This document shows positions 40,755 through 57,270 of a stretch of DNA of 64,000 nucleotides, piece by piece. The stretch covers positions 1,054,001-1,118,000 of the forward strand of contig OZ193909.1 of assembly GCA_964276515.1 (NCBI GenBank), written 5' to 3'. The notes beneath the pieces were generated by a model. That model made no database searches, was not told where the DNA came from, and saw only the letters and a list, made by a program, of their open reading frames with translations. Position 1 is the stretch's first letter. Each line of letters starts with the position of its first letter. Both the position numbers and the translations under genes were made by a program. The DNA comes from Gordius albopunctatus. Lineage: Eukaryota.

Positions 40755-41050
40755 CTTTGGTCCCACATACGAGGGGTTTATTTTGATGAGTTTCTTCCAT
40801 CTTGATCGGGGAAGGGGGGGGGAGCCATGTCTTGATTAATTTTCTTAGTATTCATAACTTTTTCCACGTGTCCTTTCCACGTGACACGGGGTGATCACTT
40901 CCTCTATTCTCCAGTACCTCAATGTCCAGTACTTTTCGAGACTTATATCATTAGTCTCCCTTCCCTTACCATTTTAGCTAATTTTCGTTGATCATGGCCG
41001 CCTTACGTCAACTACCCATTTTTACTATGACAAAGTCATTCGTCATATGG
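40755..41050 (-). mobile_element. Degenerate RTE LINE 3' end
   Basis: Decayed RKVLDIEV...RVTWKGHVEK...RSRWKKLIK resembles the C-terminus of ORF 28382-30556. Confidence 0.55.
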
Positions 41051-41721
41051 TTCAAAATATGAACATTAAATTTGAATTTACATGAATTAAGTTGGATTAA
41101 ATATTTTAGCTTTGATTCTTAAAGCCTTAATTTACTTATGCATAACAATATTATAAAGAGCTGAACTATCAAACTAAGTATAGTAATTTTTTTGCTAGAA
41201 ACTTTATAATTTTTTCCAAGATTTTTTAATTGCAACATATACTTTTATTTTAAAATTATTTTCGGAAAAGTTGAAAAGTTTAGCGACTAAATTCTTCTTA
41301 ATGGGTATCTTGTTCGGAACAGACTTCCTACGTTATGGACGCTCAGAATCCCCTTATTCATTTTTTTGTTAATAAATAGTGAAATTTAATATGAAGGTCA
41401 CTTATATCAATTAATTGATTTACTTATTGAAAACTAAAATTATTATAAATTCGCCCGATTTTCATAAGGGAAAAAAATTGTTGATCAATATTAAGTTAAT
41501 CCTAATCAGGACTAAATATTATTTTAATTTTTGCATTCAAATATAATCTTTACTTCATGAAAGCAAATTTTAATTTAAAGTTTGTAAATGTAATATATAT
41601 ATATACACTTTGGGGAAACTTTTCTCTTAATTTCCATTTTATTACGTATAAATTATACAATTTTTAATAATTTCGCAGTGTAAAAAATATGTTTTTTTTT
41701 TAAATTAATAATCAAATCAAA

Positions 41722-43209
<1,488 letters not shown>

Positions 43210-44779
43210 TCTTTGGTTAGAGATAAAATCTAAAAACAATAATTTTGCAAACGAGATTGAAAGTAAAAAATTTGATATATTAATTTATATAAAAATAATA
43301 TTTTTTCCATCTTACTTTATATAATAATTTAAGGAATGATTTAAAGTTAAAAATAAATTAGATATACTATGGGTAGTATGGAACTCTTGTTGATATGGTT
43401 GAAAAAAACTTTAACAAAAACAAATAAGACCTGCTTGGGTATAATGCCAAATTATTTAACTTACTACAAAAATTTAAGAAATTTGATACTATTTAAATTG
43501 TTATTGTAGATTTTATTTTATTTTTTGATAAATTATACACTTTTGAACTTAATAATTTTCCTACTTTTGTTTATTTTTTCTAAAAAACTAGTCATCTAAT
43601 TTTAAAACTCTGAGAAAAGTTCACTTTTTCACAAATTATACAATGAGAGTCGTTTTTTAATTTAAAAGATTCCTAATTTTTAAAAACTTGAAACAAAACA
43701 AAAAATGTAGACCTTAAAAATCTAAAAAATACAAAATTTATTATTTTTTAACAAAGATTTTCGAGTTTAAAAGTCATTCTAACCCTCCCATAAAAAAACA
43801 ACTTTAACAAATACTAGTAGTAGATAAATTTAAGTTTTAATCATTATTTAGTTAAAAAAGCACACATATTTAAAAAAAACAGAAATAAATTAATAAATTG
43901 GAATAAATATGAATTAAAAAATGTTTTATAGAAATACATAATATAACTTACTTGATATATTAATGGAATTTCTAGTAAAATTAATGTATATGTTCGATGA
44001 AAAACGTAAGAAATTATTATAACAACTGTTTATAAAAAATCTGCAAGCCGAAAATGAAAAATTTACTAAGAAAAAGCATTTATATATGTGTTGCTGTTGG
44101 CTAACAAAAATTTTTAGATAATTCCGAGAAAAAAACTCGACAAATGCTACAAACGGAGAATGATTTGACGAAAATTTCCTCAAATTTATGTAAAAATGTT
44201 TATAAATCAAAATTAGTTTGGCGGGAGATATATTTTTTTCCCCCAAAAAAACAAAATTAAAAATTATATTTTGGCCCGAAGTTATAATGTGACGTATATT
44301 ATACGCATGACACACACCCGCATAAATTAAAGGGTTTTTCGTGGAAATTTTTGCTTAAAAAAGTTTTTTTTTGATGACACAACAGCTATTTGATCTCCAT
44401 CTTGAATAGCAAACTAAAATTTTGGTTAAAATTAACTAAAAATATCAGATGCTAAATTCCCAATCCCACTTTATGATTCAATTATTTTGCATGGCTGAGC
44501 CGATAAAAATGGTCATCTTAGTTGTTTTTTTAAAGTTTAAACTGTTTTTTTTGATAAATTGTGCATTTAATATTATTATTATAGCATTAGTTGGTATAAT
44601 AATAAAAATTTAAATAAAAAAAAAATTAAATCGGATATTTTTATAAAAATTTGTTAAGGAGATATGCACCCACCCGTTTTAAAAGGCTCATCCGCTTTTA
44701 TTGGTGTTGAAAAACTCTTCACTTTAATTAAACAAAAACTAATTACTAAATTTAAGTTTTATTCCGGCTAAAAAGACAA

Positions 44780-44905
44780 GAAAGGTTAGAAGTTCCTAGT
44801 AAATTTTGCCAGGATTTGTTGAATCTTTAACATCAAGGTCATGCAGGGATGGGTCAATATGAAGAGATTAGCTAAACGATGGGTTTCGTGGCCAAAAATC
44901 TAGCA
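44780..44905 (+). pseudogene. Gypsy integrase zinc-binding relic
   Basis: RLEVPSKF...L*HQGHAGM / MKRLAKRWVSWPKI with a stop and a frameshift. Confidence 0.55.
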
Positions 44906-47900
44906 TTAATATTTGGGAATAAATTATACCATTAATTTATGAACAATCTGATTTTTATAATAATGGTTCCTTTCATTAAAGGATCGAGCTTAGCCAGGAT
45001 AGGAATGGGAGATTTTTTGAAATTTTGGCCATAATTATATTATGGATTAGAGGGTGGCAGCCGCCCCTTTCTGACCCCCCCCCCCCTGGCTAAACCCACG
45101 GGTTTATGGATTATGGATAGAACTCTAGAAAAGACTTCAAATTTATTGATTTCTAAAAAATTGTATTTTTATTTTATATATTAGATAAGCATAGACCTGG
45201 TGAATAGCATTGGAATTAGAGGGGGGGCAAAATAATAATTTTTAAAATTTTAGCTAAATTTTAAATAAATTTCACCATTTTTTCACGTTTACAGGGCTCC
45301 CCCCCACTTGGCTACCCCCATGAAAATAATATAAACAATGTATATTTTTATAAGCTAAGTTTTATTTTTAAATTAGAAATTTAAAAAAGGGAAAAACTGC
45401 AATGACATTTTCGTATTAAGTTTTTAAAATTAAGTTGGCAGATGTTGAACAATTTTACTGCCTTGGTGCGGAAATTGTTTTATTGCCAAAACATCTAAAA
45501 ATACTGCAAATGGCTATAAAAAAATTAAATCACGTTTAAAAAAACGAGTAGAATTATTTATAATTTTTTATTGGAATACATTTTTATAGTCTATTTCTAC
45601 TAGAAGAATAAAAATTAAGGAATAAGTGCCTATAGTTTTTCCATAAATTGAGTTTAAAAAAATCAAAAATCCTAAAAATTTTAAAAGTGCCTGGGGCTAG
45701 TTATAGCCCTTTTCAGGGGAAAGATTAACCTTGGCGTTTTCACTTCTTAATAATATATCCTAACTCAAATCGATAAGATTATTACATTATTAAATCATAG
45801 AAAATGCAATTGTAATATGATTGTGTTTTAAATTAAAATGTACAAATAAAAAAGGGTTATGATGACAATCTGACTTAAGTGCACTCAAAAGACTGATTTT
45901 GCAGTAAAAAATTTTTTTTCTGTTTTTTTTAAAGTATAATCATAGTCTATTTCTATTCTAAATTACACTAAGTTGGATTATAAAAAAATTTTTTGTATTT
46001 TAAATCTTGTCATATGTAAGGCCCAATGAAAAATGGCTAGGACTAGCCCCTCTCCGACTAACCCCGTTATATACAATTAATTATTTAACAACTTATATTG
46101 CGAATAAAAATTTAATCATTAGACGATTTTATAAAAAATATCCCTTTATAAGATAAAACTTAAATTAGTCCAAAATATAGAGCCAAAAAAATTTATGTGC
46201 AAAATAAAAAATTTTGTCAATCGTTTTTCTTCTGTAAAAATTTTAATCTTTATTTTTTCTAAACAAATATACACATATGGTTTAAAATTTAATTATTTAT
46301 CAATATTATTTTAAAATAATTACAAATATAATAGTGACCCCTGGCTATGACTAGCCCCGGTCTCTCCTAATATTTTTGTGGATATATCTTATGAAGAATT
46401 GATTAAAATATATCCTTAAATGTGGAATTCAGTTGGTCATCCATAGAATGAATTTTATAAAAATCTCAATATAAAGAATTTTACAAATTTGATCATTTTT
46501 ATGCTACACGACATAACTACAAATTTGGCTACTCTCTAAATTAATTTTTCCCACCAGTACTATAAAATGTCCCACTAAGATTATAAGCCCTAGTTCGCCC
46601 AGCTGATTTTTTGGAATGCACAGGCACAGCAAATCTTATATATTCAGCGGATTTTGGAAACATTTTTTGTAAGTACCAAAACAAGTATTTATATGTTAAA
46701 ATTTGTTAAATACATCAGCCTCAAACAGGCTTTTGTTTCTTTCAACAAATTAAATTTTCATTAGTAGCACTTGAAGCTGCATAAAATCATTTATGATAAT
46801 TGAAACTCTATGCTAGGATAATTTTATACGAAATATATACATTGTTTTGTTAATGTTTCACGATTCCCTTTTTAAAAACAAAAATTAATAAGGATTTGTT
46901 TGTATTGTAAATAAAAATCATAAAAACACCATTTTTATCTATTAAAGCAAAAAGGTGTTGCCCCTACTAATAGCTAGAACGATCCCGAGTCCCTTTTATT
47001 ACCATAATGCTCGTACAAGTTAGGCCCGCAATTTTTAACAAAAACCCATGCCCGGCTTTTGGGGTTCCAGCTGTATTTGCTATAATAAAGTTAGCTATAT
47101 TATGATGATTAAAAAGAAAACTTAAAAAAATGAATTTACTAAACCATAAGAGAAAAATATTAATTTTTTGTTGAATTAATACGCACAATTTGACCCTAGA
47201 ATCAGCACGCACAATTTCTAAAGAAATAAAATTTCAAAGTATGTTTTGAAATGAAGCATTAATGAAGGAAATGTGCAAAACGCTTTGTAAAATTATCATC
47301 ATTTACATTAATATTAATTATTATTTTTATTTCATTTTTATACTCGTCTCTAGTTGTATATCCAAAATTTCTATAAACAAGGAACTAATGTTAGTTTGAA
47401 TAACCATATCAAATACTTTTAAAAATAAAATAATTAATTACCTTTATAACTAAAATTTGGTTTGTATCAGTATTTTCCTCGTTTATTTTAGAGGTTGAGA
47501 TACTTTTTTAGAGAAATAATAATTAGGAATTATATTTCTTCTTATTACAAAACACGCACTCGGGACAGAATGTTTTTGTACAAATAGTGTTAGAATTAGT
47601 ATATTTCATCTAAAATTAAATTTAAAATGAATTAAGATAACTTATCATTTCTATAAGCGCAAACAAGACTCCCATTAATATCATTGAAAATTTCCGCATA
47701 ATTTGGGAAAAAAGTCAAAATTTTTTGCCCAAGGGGGGGGGGGGTCTTCCCTACGCTAAATCTTCTTAGTACGTATTTGACTAAAATAAAGATTGCACGA
47801 AAAATCAAGGAATCAAAGTAACGCTTGAAAACCTGATGATTAACAAAAACTACAACACAATTTAGACAAAACATATGAACCAGCATGCCAGGGTTGGAAT

Positions 47901-48451
47901 TATAGGCAGGGCAATAATGATTTAGGGCAAGGCAAAATGATGATTCTTCAAAATTTTAGCTATATAATTATAATAATTATTCAAGTATTTTCAAATTTAG
48001 AGGGGACAGCCGCCCTTCCCGGCCCACCCCATGGCTACGCCCTCGTGGAACAGTCTGTGTTTTTAAAGGGAGAAATATTTTAATGCTGGGGATATAAATA
48101 TGCAATAAATATGTATTTATTTACATGTCTTAAAGGCCGGCCACTCGTATGTTTTTAACGAGCTAAAAATTATGGAAATTTGAATTATTGTAAATCACCC
48201 ATGATCGAAAGTATTCAAATTAAATTATTCACATTTAACATGCTAAATATGATAAAAATGCATAAATAAATTACTATATTATGATTAATGATCAAATAAA
48301 AAAATTTAAAGCTGAGGTTTCCTCGATGGAATCTCATATCGTTCCGTCTCGAGGTCAAAATTCTCGTCTCGATCCAATTTTTCAAAGTTGTAATGGTATG
48401 CATTTGTTATGATGATGTAGGTTCTTTTATATTATATTTTAAGTTTGTTAT

Positions 48452-49320
48452 TCTTATATATAAAAATGAAAGTGTGTGTGTGTGTGTATGTCGCCACCAA
48501 TTTTGGAAAACTACCAGACCGATTTGGCTACCAAAATTTTACAGTTTATTCCCCACAAGATTGGTTCGAGCCAAATCGGTCCAGTAGTTTTCGTGTTTGT
48601 TTTATACGTTTTGACGTTTAATAAAATGTCAATCAAACGCAACCTCATGACGTAATGCGTATCTATTGTGTTCTTTGAAAATGTGAATATACATTTCTTT
48701 AGTAAAAGTGTATCATCACTTAGAGTATTTTCTAGACCGTCATGCGTGTAGGTAGTGTAGTGTGATAAATGTAGACATGTGCTGCGGAAAATGGAAACTT
48801 TTTACGATTTGAAACATTAAATCAAAGTCATTTTTTTGCTTATTTTTCACGTCAATTATTGTTATAGGACAGTGGTGTCCCCTAATAAATTAAAAAATCT
48901 CATTTTATCATTTTTTGCGCGTTAAATAAGGAGAAAAATGAAAACGCTTTTAACAAAGTGCCAATAAATGTTGATATATCTCAGTTCTTTGGACATTATT
49001 AAGTTCAGAATTAAAAGTTTTAATCAGAAATAAATAATTATAATTATGATATTGTTTCTTAATTACAAAAAATATTTAAAAAAAATTGCTTGAAGGGGCA
49101 GGGGGCCAAAGATTTTTCCCTTGGGGGGGGCATGGGACCAGGTTTTCTCTCTTAGATGGGCCTGGGCCTTGGACAATCTTTAACTATTTGTTTAAAAATT
49201 ATCAAACTTCATTTTTACTTCAATAACCCCCCTTTGTCATCATATATGCCCTAAAATTCCAACATAATTCAATACACCCCCCGGGTAAATGGTAAAACAA
49301 CGTTTGCCGGGTTTATCTAG
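48452..49320 (+). mobile_element. Complete non-autonomous Helitron
   Basis: 5' TCTTATATATAAAAATGAAA(GT)n; 3' ...CAACGTTTGCCGGGTTTATCTAG|T; no TSD; second copy at 1-547. Confidence 0.8.
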
Positions 49321-50346
49321 TTAATTTATAAATAACTCAGAATAGCGTTGTCATACTAAAGGATTCTGTAAAGATGGTCGACGCTCGCTTAGAGGCCTGA
49401 TAGACGTGTTGGAAATTTATTATTTTATAATACTTTTCAAAGTGCGAGTTTAACCAGGAACTCTCGTCACAGAGGCAGCCTATCCTAACTACACCACGGT
49501 CCCCTTAGTATTACTCAAATGATAGGCATCTATTGTATTATTTGCTGATGAGCGTAATAGATAATAGAAGATTCCAAAATATTAAACATTTATCCATAGG
49601 CTTTTAAGGTTTTCTTTAATTTTATGGCAGCTTATTTTAATAATCGAAAACTTTACACGTATCAAAAATTTTCACGAGATTACTGAGCTAAAAAAATTTA
49701 TTGCGCAAATTATGAAATGCGATGGTCATTTAGAAATTTGCTTCAAAATTATATTTATAAAAGAACAGGACATTTATCTAAAAACACAGTAAACACGGGG
49801 TATCAATCGTTTAATTAGATTCCGAGGTTCATCGACACAGCAATATAATTTACATCGATCTTTACACAACATTCACTTTGACAAGTTTAATTTAATGGCC
49901 AACAACAATTACTCTACAAATCCAACCATCTTTCATTCTCCGGTGTCAATGTGGTCCTTTTTATCAAAGGATTGAATTAAAAAAGTCCAATTGGCATAAA
50001 AAATAAGGAATTCCATTTTTCAATTATAACACAAGATTCGATATTTCTTATTTATAAAATATTGTTTTAGCTAACCACTTCAATTACGAAAGTTGAGTTG
50101 AAAATAAGTAATGAAAATATTTTATAACCAACTTAATTATACATTTTACTCATCCCTAATATTAATTAAATTTTTTGATGACCATTCTAATCGCCACGTA
50201 AACAATTTTCCATAAAAATGCGCAAACACCAAAGCGTACAAAAAATAATTTGTTGAAATGAGTGCAAAAGGAACATTATGCCGTGGGAATAATAAGAAGA
50301 GGGGGGATATTATTCGAATCGCATTAAAAAAAGAGATAAAAACGCG

Positions 50347-50764
50347 TCACCGAATGTCCAACAATATGGATGCAGGTTGTTGAATGACATATTTAATTTT
50401 TCGCCCAAAAAGTGACCGCCTCTCTCCCATCTATCAATCTATGATGGTCATACGTTAAGGCAACGTACATCATGGGCCTCATTTCGACCTGCGATATACA
50501 ATATTCACACAAAATTCAAAGTAAAAGTATGAAAAATAAAATTTTTAAGGGAATCAAAGGAAAAACCTTGCAGAGATGATAATTTGAAGGAATATACCTT
50601 ATTATTGATGGCTACGGGTCTATCTATCTACGATCGCGTGCATACCCAAAATAGCAGATTGGGGCAGATTTATAATGGGAGTTCCGTAGAGGGAACCAAA
50701 CACGCCCCCGTTTGGTAAAAGTTCCTCCGTCCATATCTTAGATAGCAAGGCTGCCCTTCCTAGC
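50347..50764 (-). pseudogene. DLST: Dihydrolipoamide succinyltransferase (OGDH E2) pseudogene fragment, last two exons with intron
   Basis: Exons 50764-50598 and 50488-50347 (GT-AG intron 50597-50489): [84 protein letters not shown]...LLDIR*, with a stop and several indels. Confidence 0.9.
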
Positions 50765-52437
50765 CTCTAATTTTAACAAAAAAAGAACAAACCGATCAAG
50801 TATCTGGATCAAAACAGCGAATGCGTTTTAAATATAGACGCGTCTTAATACGAGCATCACGTCATTTTTGATTAAGTATTTATTTTATGTCTAGTAGACT
50901 AAAACCAAAGGCCGATCAAACAAGACCCAGCCATTTTTTACAACACTACTTTAAAGGTTTTATCAAGATTATGCTTAGGCAATAAATTTATTTTTTGATT
51001 GCATAAAACATAAATCTTATTTTAACATATGACCACCATAAAGTAACGAGTGTAATGAATAATTATGTACTTATTATTTAACTCATCTGCTTCTATATTT
51101 TTACTTGAAAATAAATTAAGATATTTTTAAGCAATTTTTCCAATTTAAGTCTTGAATCCCTAATCTTGTTGCTTAAATTCTAACCTTTTTTCCAAAAATT
51201 TGCCCGCGTTTTTATATACATCCACATATACTTTATTAAGCAAAGTTTTTAAAGATAAACCCTATAAAATTAGTAACAAAAACAATTAAATCACAAAATC
51301 TGCTTCTCGAAGAGCCAAATTTTATGTATCTCAATGAAAATTTTTTTGAAATAAAACAAGAGTAGAAGCGATCGGATATTAATAAAAATTTTGATACAGG
51401 TATGGTTTCAAAATGGGAGAGCGCGACAAAAGAAATATGTGAAAGCATTCGATCCATCCCCGTTTCATAGGCTACAATTAGAGTGGTGAAAGGGTTAGGG
51501 ATGTTATTCATTTACAATTCCTTACCTAGATTCAGACAAGTCCACCACCCCTAAATGATAGTGAAAATGAGAGAGGGGTAAAGTGATTTTAAAGAAGAGG
51601 AGAGTGATGCATCTTAGCAAATATTAATTTAAAATTATTATACAAAGTTTTAAAAATATAAAAATTAATTAGACTCCGTAAATTATAAACCTGACCCGGC
51701 CTCCCGTTATATTATTATGACTAGGGCGGCAAAGCACATTCTGTTTTAAAGCTGAGTCCTGATGTGGAATACGCTTACATTCCCCGACACAAATGCATTT
51801 AACTCATCGTGCAATAATATTATGTGTAATAAATAATTTTATAAGTCTAAATACAATATGGGAGGCATTTTTATTCTTGCTTCATAGGCAATCTTTATTT
51901 ATACATATATATATAACGATTATTTTAAATGTTCTAAATATTATTTCAAGGTACGCAGATAAATATTACTAAAAATTCCATATTTGTACCAAAAATATTA
52001 ATGTGAGCGAAAATTGTTCATCTAAAACACAATTATTATAACTTATCAAAAAGTCTAACAAATGGGTATTACTTAAGTAGTGTTGAATTTAATTGAAAAT
52101 TATATGTCTTTACAAAGATTTTAATGTATACACCTTTTATAAATGTCTTGAAAGGCTGAATTATGAGAAATTATTAATTAAAAGTTTAACTTTTTAAATC
52201 CATTTAATCTCTAGCTAGTTAATTAATTGATTATGAATGCTTAAAGAATTCATTAAATGGGAAAAATTTTATAAGCTAACAATGAGCAAGACACGTGGTG
52301 TTACTATTACTACAAAATTATCTAAAACCATGAATGGAATGCATTTGGTATTTGGGAGGAGGCAGACACGTCTTTTCATTATCAGAATAACAATACAAAA
52401 ATTAAGAATTTAGGAATTTAGGAATAATGTAGCATTG

Positions 52438-52571
52438 CATGGGCATAGTGAGGATTGGATCAAAATAATACTTTTTACTAATTTTAGTCAAAATTGTTTT
52501 AAATTTTAAAGAATTTTTGGATTTAGAGGGGGTTATCCGCCTCTCCCTGCCATCCCTTGGCTACACCCATA
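52438..52571. mobile_element. hAT-type MITE (CATGGGCGTAGCC family)
   Basis: Degenerate TIRs; TSD TAGCATTG/TAGCGTTG. Confidence 0.7.
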
Positions 52572-52774
52572 TAGCGTTGGTTATAAGTAGCGTTGCGCGT
52601 TATTCTTTTAGTCGGGTAAGAACCGAACCATAGATAAAACGGCATTGCCTCAATTTTATCCCTCAATTCCATTACATTGTATACGGTAGGTATTTAATTT
52701 AACCTATATAATTGATTGACTCCCCTTTTTAAGCACAGTTAATACACATATTTAATTAAAATGTAAGATAGAAC

Positions 52775-52917
52775 CATGGGCGTAGCCGGGGGAGGGGGGG
52801 GGGCAGAGAGGGGCTGCTGCCCCCTTCTAAATCCAAAAATTTGTTGACATTTACTAAAGTTATGGCTAAAAATGATCATTTTGCCCCTCTCTAATTCCAA
52901 TACTGGCTACGCCCATG
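52775..52917. mobile_element. hAT-type MITE (CATGGGCGTAGCC family)
   Basis: Perfect 13-bp TIR; TSD GATAGAAC/CATAGAAC. Confidence 0.85.
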
Positions 52918-53722
52918 CATAGAACCATAGTATGACTTATGGAAAAATAAATTGTAATTTAAACCAGTATTTAATATTTATATGTACTTGTTGTAATATT
53001 TTAATTTGCAATATTACATAACAATCAATGTCGCATTTTATACCTATTTCTTATAAAACACGTAATGATTTGGTGATTGTTGGTATTGAAACTTCGTCAC
53101 ATTCTTTGTATTCTTCTTTTTCGCGTTACTTTCTTAATGACACCCTTTTCCCCGCATTCGCACCGACTCATCCACGGCTTACTATTGGATTTCGCGATCT
53201 TACACCTTTATATATAGCCTCTATCATTCACCTCATAATTACTTATATCACAAAATTTTAATTATTCGAGGAATCATGGTAAGATCCACGCGAGCAAACG
53301 CTTCTCATCCAAACCTCAGCTTAGCGGTCGATGCGCAGGGGGGTCAGGAATCAGAATTAGAGCATTCTGAGGAGGAAAATCAGCCAGGGATCAGTGACCT
53401 GTTAAATGTCATTGCGGAGGAAAACAGGGTCGCCCAGAACCAGTTTAATCAATCCCAACACACAATCAGCCAATTAATACAACAGTTAAGCGTCCAAAGA
53501 GCCGCTCCTCCCCCAGCCATTAACATTATCCAACCAGAACAAACGATCCTATCCCCAGCGGAAAGGATCCTGGACGTAATGGATAAAGTGAAAAAACTGA
53601 AGGAGCTAATGTCCACGTTTCCCACCAAAGTGTCACAAAGGGACAGGAAAGAGGCACAGTATATGTTCCTGGTAACAGAGACACTGAGTGAAGATTCGTC
53701 AGAAATCCTTATAAAGGAAACG

Positions 53723-56700
53723 TGTAGGGGTTTTGACCTACTTTGTTCTAACTAAAGGAACTTTATTAATATCAAACCAAAAGATACAATATAATGGTTC
53801 GATCGCTACGCATTAGTTTATACCATCTGTCGAAGTTAATATACATAACTCGTAAGGTAGTTGGGGGCTATTCAAATTATAATCATTATGAATAGAATAA
53901 GGAGGAGTATGAATAGTGTGTATTCATCGAGTAAGAAGGAATGTGAACAACGTGATATCTAAAAATAAAGGTACCACTATTCTAATTAGGTAATACCATA
54001 TTACCTCCCTCCTTGGTGATAATCGCCTTTTCTATGTTTTTGACAAAATATCAGGTTTACGTTATCTGATTGACACGGGAGCCCAAATTAGTGTAATTCC
54101 ACCGACAACAAAAACTAAAGTAACATTAAATAAATTATGTTTAAAAGCAGCTAATTCGAGCAATATAAATACTTACGGACAAACATCGTTAAAATTAGAT
54201 ATAGGTTTAAAAAGAGAATTTAACTGGACTTTTTTGATCGCAGACGTTCATTCACCGATATTAGGTTCAGATTTTATATCACACTTTGGTTTAATAATTG
54301 ATGTTAAAAATAAACGCATAATTAATCCACAAAATTATTCTCTAAAATTATCGAATATAACCAATTCCTCAATGTCATCTATAAACAGTTCAATTCCACA
54401 GGATAATGATTTTTACTCTATATTAAAACAATTTCCTGATATTACAAAGCCACCAGATTTTAATGACAAAGTGAAACATAATACCCAACACCATATAATA
54501 ACGAAAGGACCCGCGATACATTGTTCTCCACGACGTTTAAATCCCGAAAAATTTAAAATAGCAAAAAAAGAATTTGAAGAGATGAGTAGATTAGGCATAA
54601 TAAAACCCTCACATAGTAAATGGTCATCCCCCTTACATATGGTACCAAAAGAGACCCCAGGGACATGGCGTCCATGTGGAGATTTTAGAATGCTTAATTA
54701 CGCAACAAAACCTGATAGATACCCCATTCCACATCTACATGATTTCGCTTTAAATCTAACAGGTAAATGCATTTTTTCAAAGTTGGATTTAGTAAAAGCT
54801 TACCATCAAATTCCGATGGCACCAGAGGACATCCCTAAGACCGCAATCACAACACCTTTTGGACTGTTTGAATTTGTAAGAATGCCGTTCGGAGTGCGGA
54901 ACGCAGCACAAACATTTCAGCGCCTCATAGATGAAATTTTTAATGGTTTGGATTTTGTGTATGCTTACATCGATGATATACTTATCGCCAGTTCCACAGA
55001 ACATGAACACAAATTACACCTCTCGACAGTTTTTAAACGATTACAAACATACGGTATTCGCATAAATATATCAAAATGTTCTTTGGGAGTAAAATCATTA
55101 AACTTTCTCGGTCATAATGTCGATCAAAATGGCATACGCCCCTTGTCAAACAAAATTGATGCAATTAGGGATTTTCCAATTCCTCAAACCATGAAGAGTT
55201 TGAAACGTTTTTTAGGTATGGTGAATTTTTATAGACGTTTTATACCAAATTGTGCTTCAATTTCGAAACCACTTACCGACTTATTAAACAATGATGAGAA
55301 AGATATTAAAATAATGGAGGTAGAAATGAATTCATTTAATCTCTTAAAAGAAAGTATAATTAAAGCAACCAATTTAGGATTTTTGAAATCAAATAGTTGG
55401 TTAACATTAACCACAGATGCCTCGAACATAGCAGTTGGGGGAGTTTTGCATCAGGTAAGCAATCACAAACAAGAACCATTAGCCTTTTTTTTCTCAAAAA
55501 TTATCAGCAGCTCAAGCACGCTATAGTACATTTAGTCGAGAATTACTAGCTATTTTTTTGGCGATTAAACATTTCAAACACATACTAGAGGGACGCAATT
55601 TTACTATATTTACGGATCATAAACCTTTAATTTATTCTTTCCAGGCAAAAATTGATCGTTATTCACCCAGAGAAATCCGACATTTAGATTATGTCTCTCA
55701 ATTCAGCACTGACATTCGCTTTATAAAAGGTAATAGTAATATTACAGCGGACTATCTCGATCAGACATAAATTCTTTAACTTTACCTATTTGTCCGAATG
55801 AGATTCAAATAGTCTTGAACCAAATGAATGATACTGAGTTATTGCTCAACACTAAATCTTTACGTCTCGTAAAATTAAAAGGACCTGGTTGTCAAGAAGA
55901 CATTCTTTGCGACATATCGACAGGTTCACCTCGACCACTTATACCAACAAAACTAAGAAAGGATTTCTTCGATCACTTTCACTCTCTTTCACATCCCGGG
56001 ATTCGAGCAACTCAAAGACTAATTACTCGCAGTTTTGTGTGGCCCTCGATGAATAAAGATATTCGGAATTGGACAAAAGAATGCATAAAATGTCAAAAGT
56101 CTAAAGTGAACAAACACACTATTACTTCCCCTGGCACTTTTGACGACACCGACGAAAGGTTCAGTCACGTACATATGGATGTGGTAGGCCCTTTGCCACC
56201 TTCATCTCACTACACCCATATTCTTACAGCCATCGATCGCTTTACGAGATGGCCAATCGCAATACCAATCAACGATATATCAGCCGAAAATTTAGCAAGA
56301 ATATTTATTCAACATTGGATTGCCAACTTTGGTGTCCCAAAGATTATAACTACTGATAGAGGTGCTCAATTTACATCCTGTTTATTTCGAGAATTATCAT
56401 CCACATTAGGATTTGACCATATCAAAACTACAGCCTATCACCCGTGTTCTAATGGTTTAGTTGAACGCTTTCATAGGCAATTAAAAGCTTCCATCATGTC
56501 ACAAGAAGATACGACAAAATGGAGTGAAACACTACCATTAATTCTTCTCAGCATTAGGTCGACAATTAAAGAAGATATCGGATGCACCCCTTCGGAAATG
56601 GTTTATGGAACGACGTTAAGGCTACCAGGGGAATATTTTCAAAAATCGTTCATAGACTCATCAAAACCAGGTTATGTAATTAGACTTAAAGAAATAATGC

Positions 56701-57270
56701 AAAATCTAAAATTTTGCCCTACCAGAAGACATGATAAGAAGGAATATATCCCTAACAATCTAAAAACATCAGATTATGTTTTTGTGCGCAATGACACGGT
56801 CAGAAAATCTTTACAACCCCCATATGATGGACCCTTTAAAGTACTAAAAAGGAGAAAGAAATTTTTCATAGTGGAAAAGGGTAATAAAGAGGAAACCATA
56901 TCACTTGATAGGCTTAAACCAGCATGGATCGAAAGAAAAGAAGATTATAGTAACACTTTACCTGTTCAACAACGATTTTCTAGATATGGAAGAACTATAA
57001 CTATTCCACAAAATTTTTCTTATAAATTATAATGTGTATATATATATATTTTTTTTAAGAGGGGGAGTATCTGTAGGGAAACAAATTACACTTACCTTGG
57101 AAAGATTTGGTTGTAATACGTACAAGGTGAAAATAGAAAGAATACACACACAGAATCAATTTTCATTTGAATGTTATCCTTATCTATCGCTATATAAACT
57201 CACTCTTTTATAAGTTTTGGATCATTGTTCTTTTATCGTGTAATAAATTATATTTCTACGCTCTCACTAA
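53723..57270 (+). mobile_element. Ty3/Gypsy LTR retrotransposon (CsRn1-like), gag-less, with dissimilar LTRs
   Basis: TSD (A)AACG; left LTR-like TGTAGGGG 53723-~54012; TGGTGA PBS-like motif at 54014; PR-RT-RH-IN; PPT AGAGGGGGAG; right LTR TGTAGGGA 57072-57270. Confidence 0.88.
54021..57032 (+). pseudogene. Gypsy pol (protease, RT, RNase H, integrase), frameshifted
   Basis: [71 protein letters not shown]; frameshifts near 55490 and 55760-55815. Confidence 0.93.

Noticed and set aside
46540..47212. Possible minus-strand exons
   Set aside because: Short open frames with plausible splice sites but no recognisable homology or consistent gene model.
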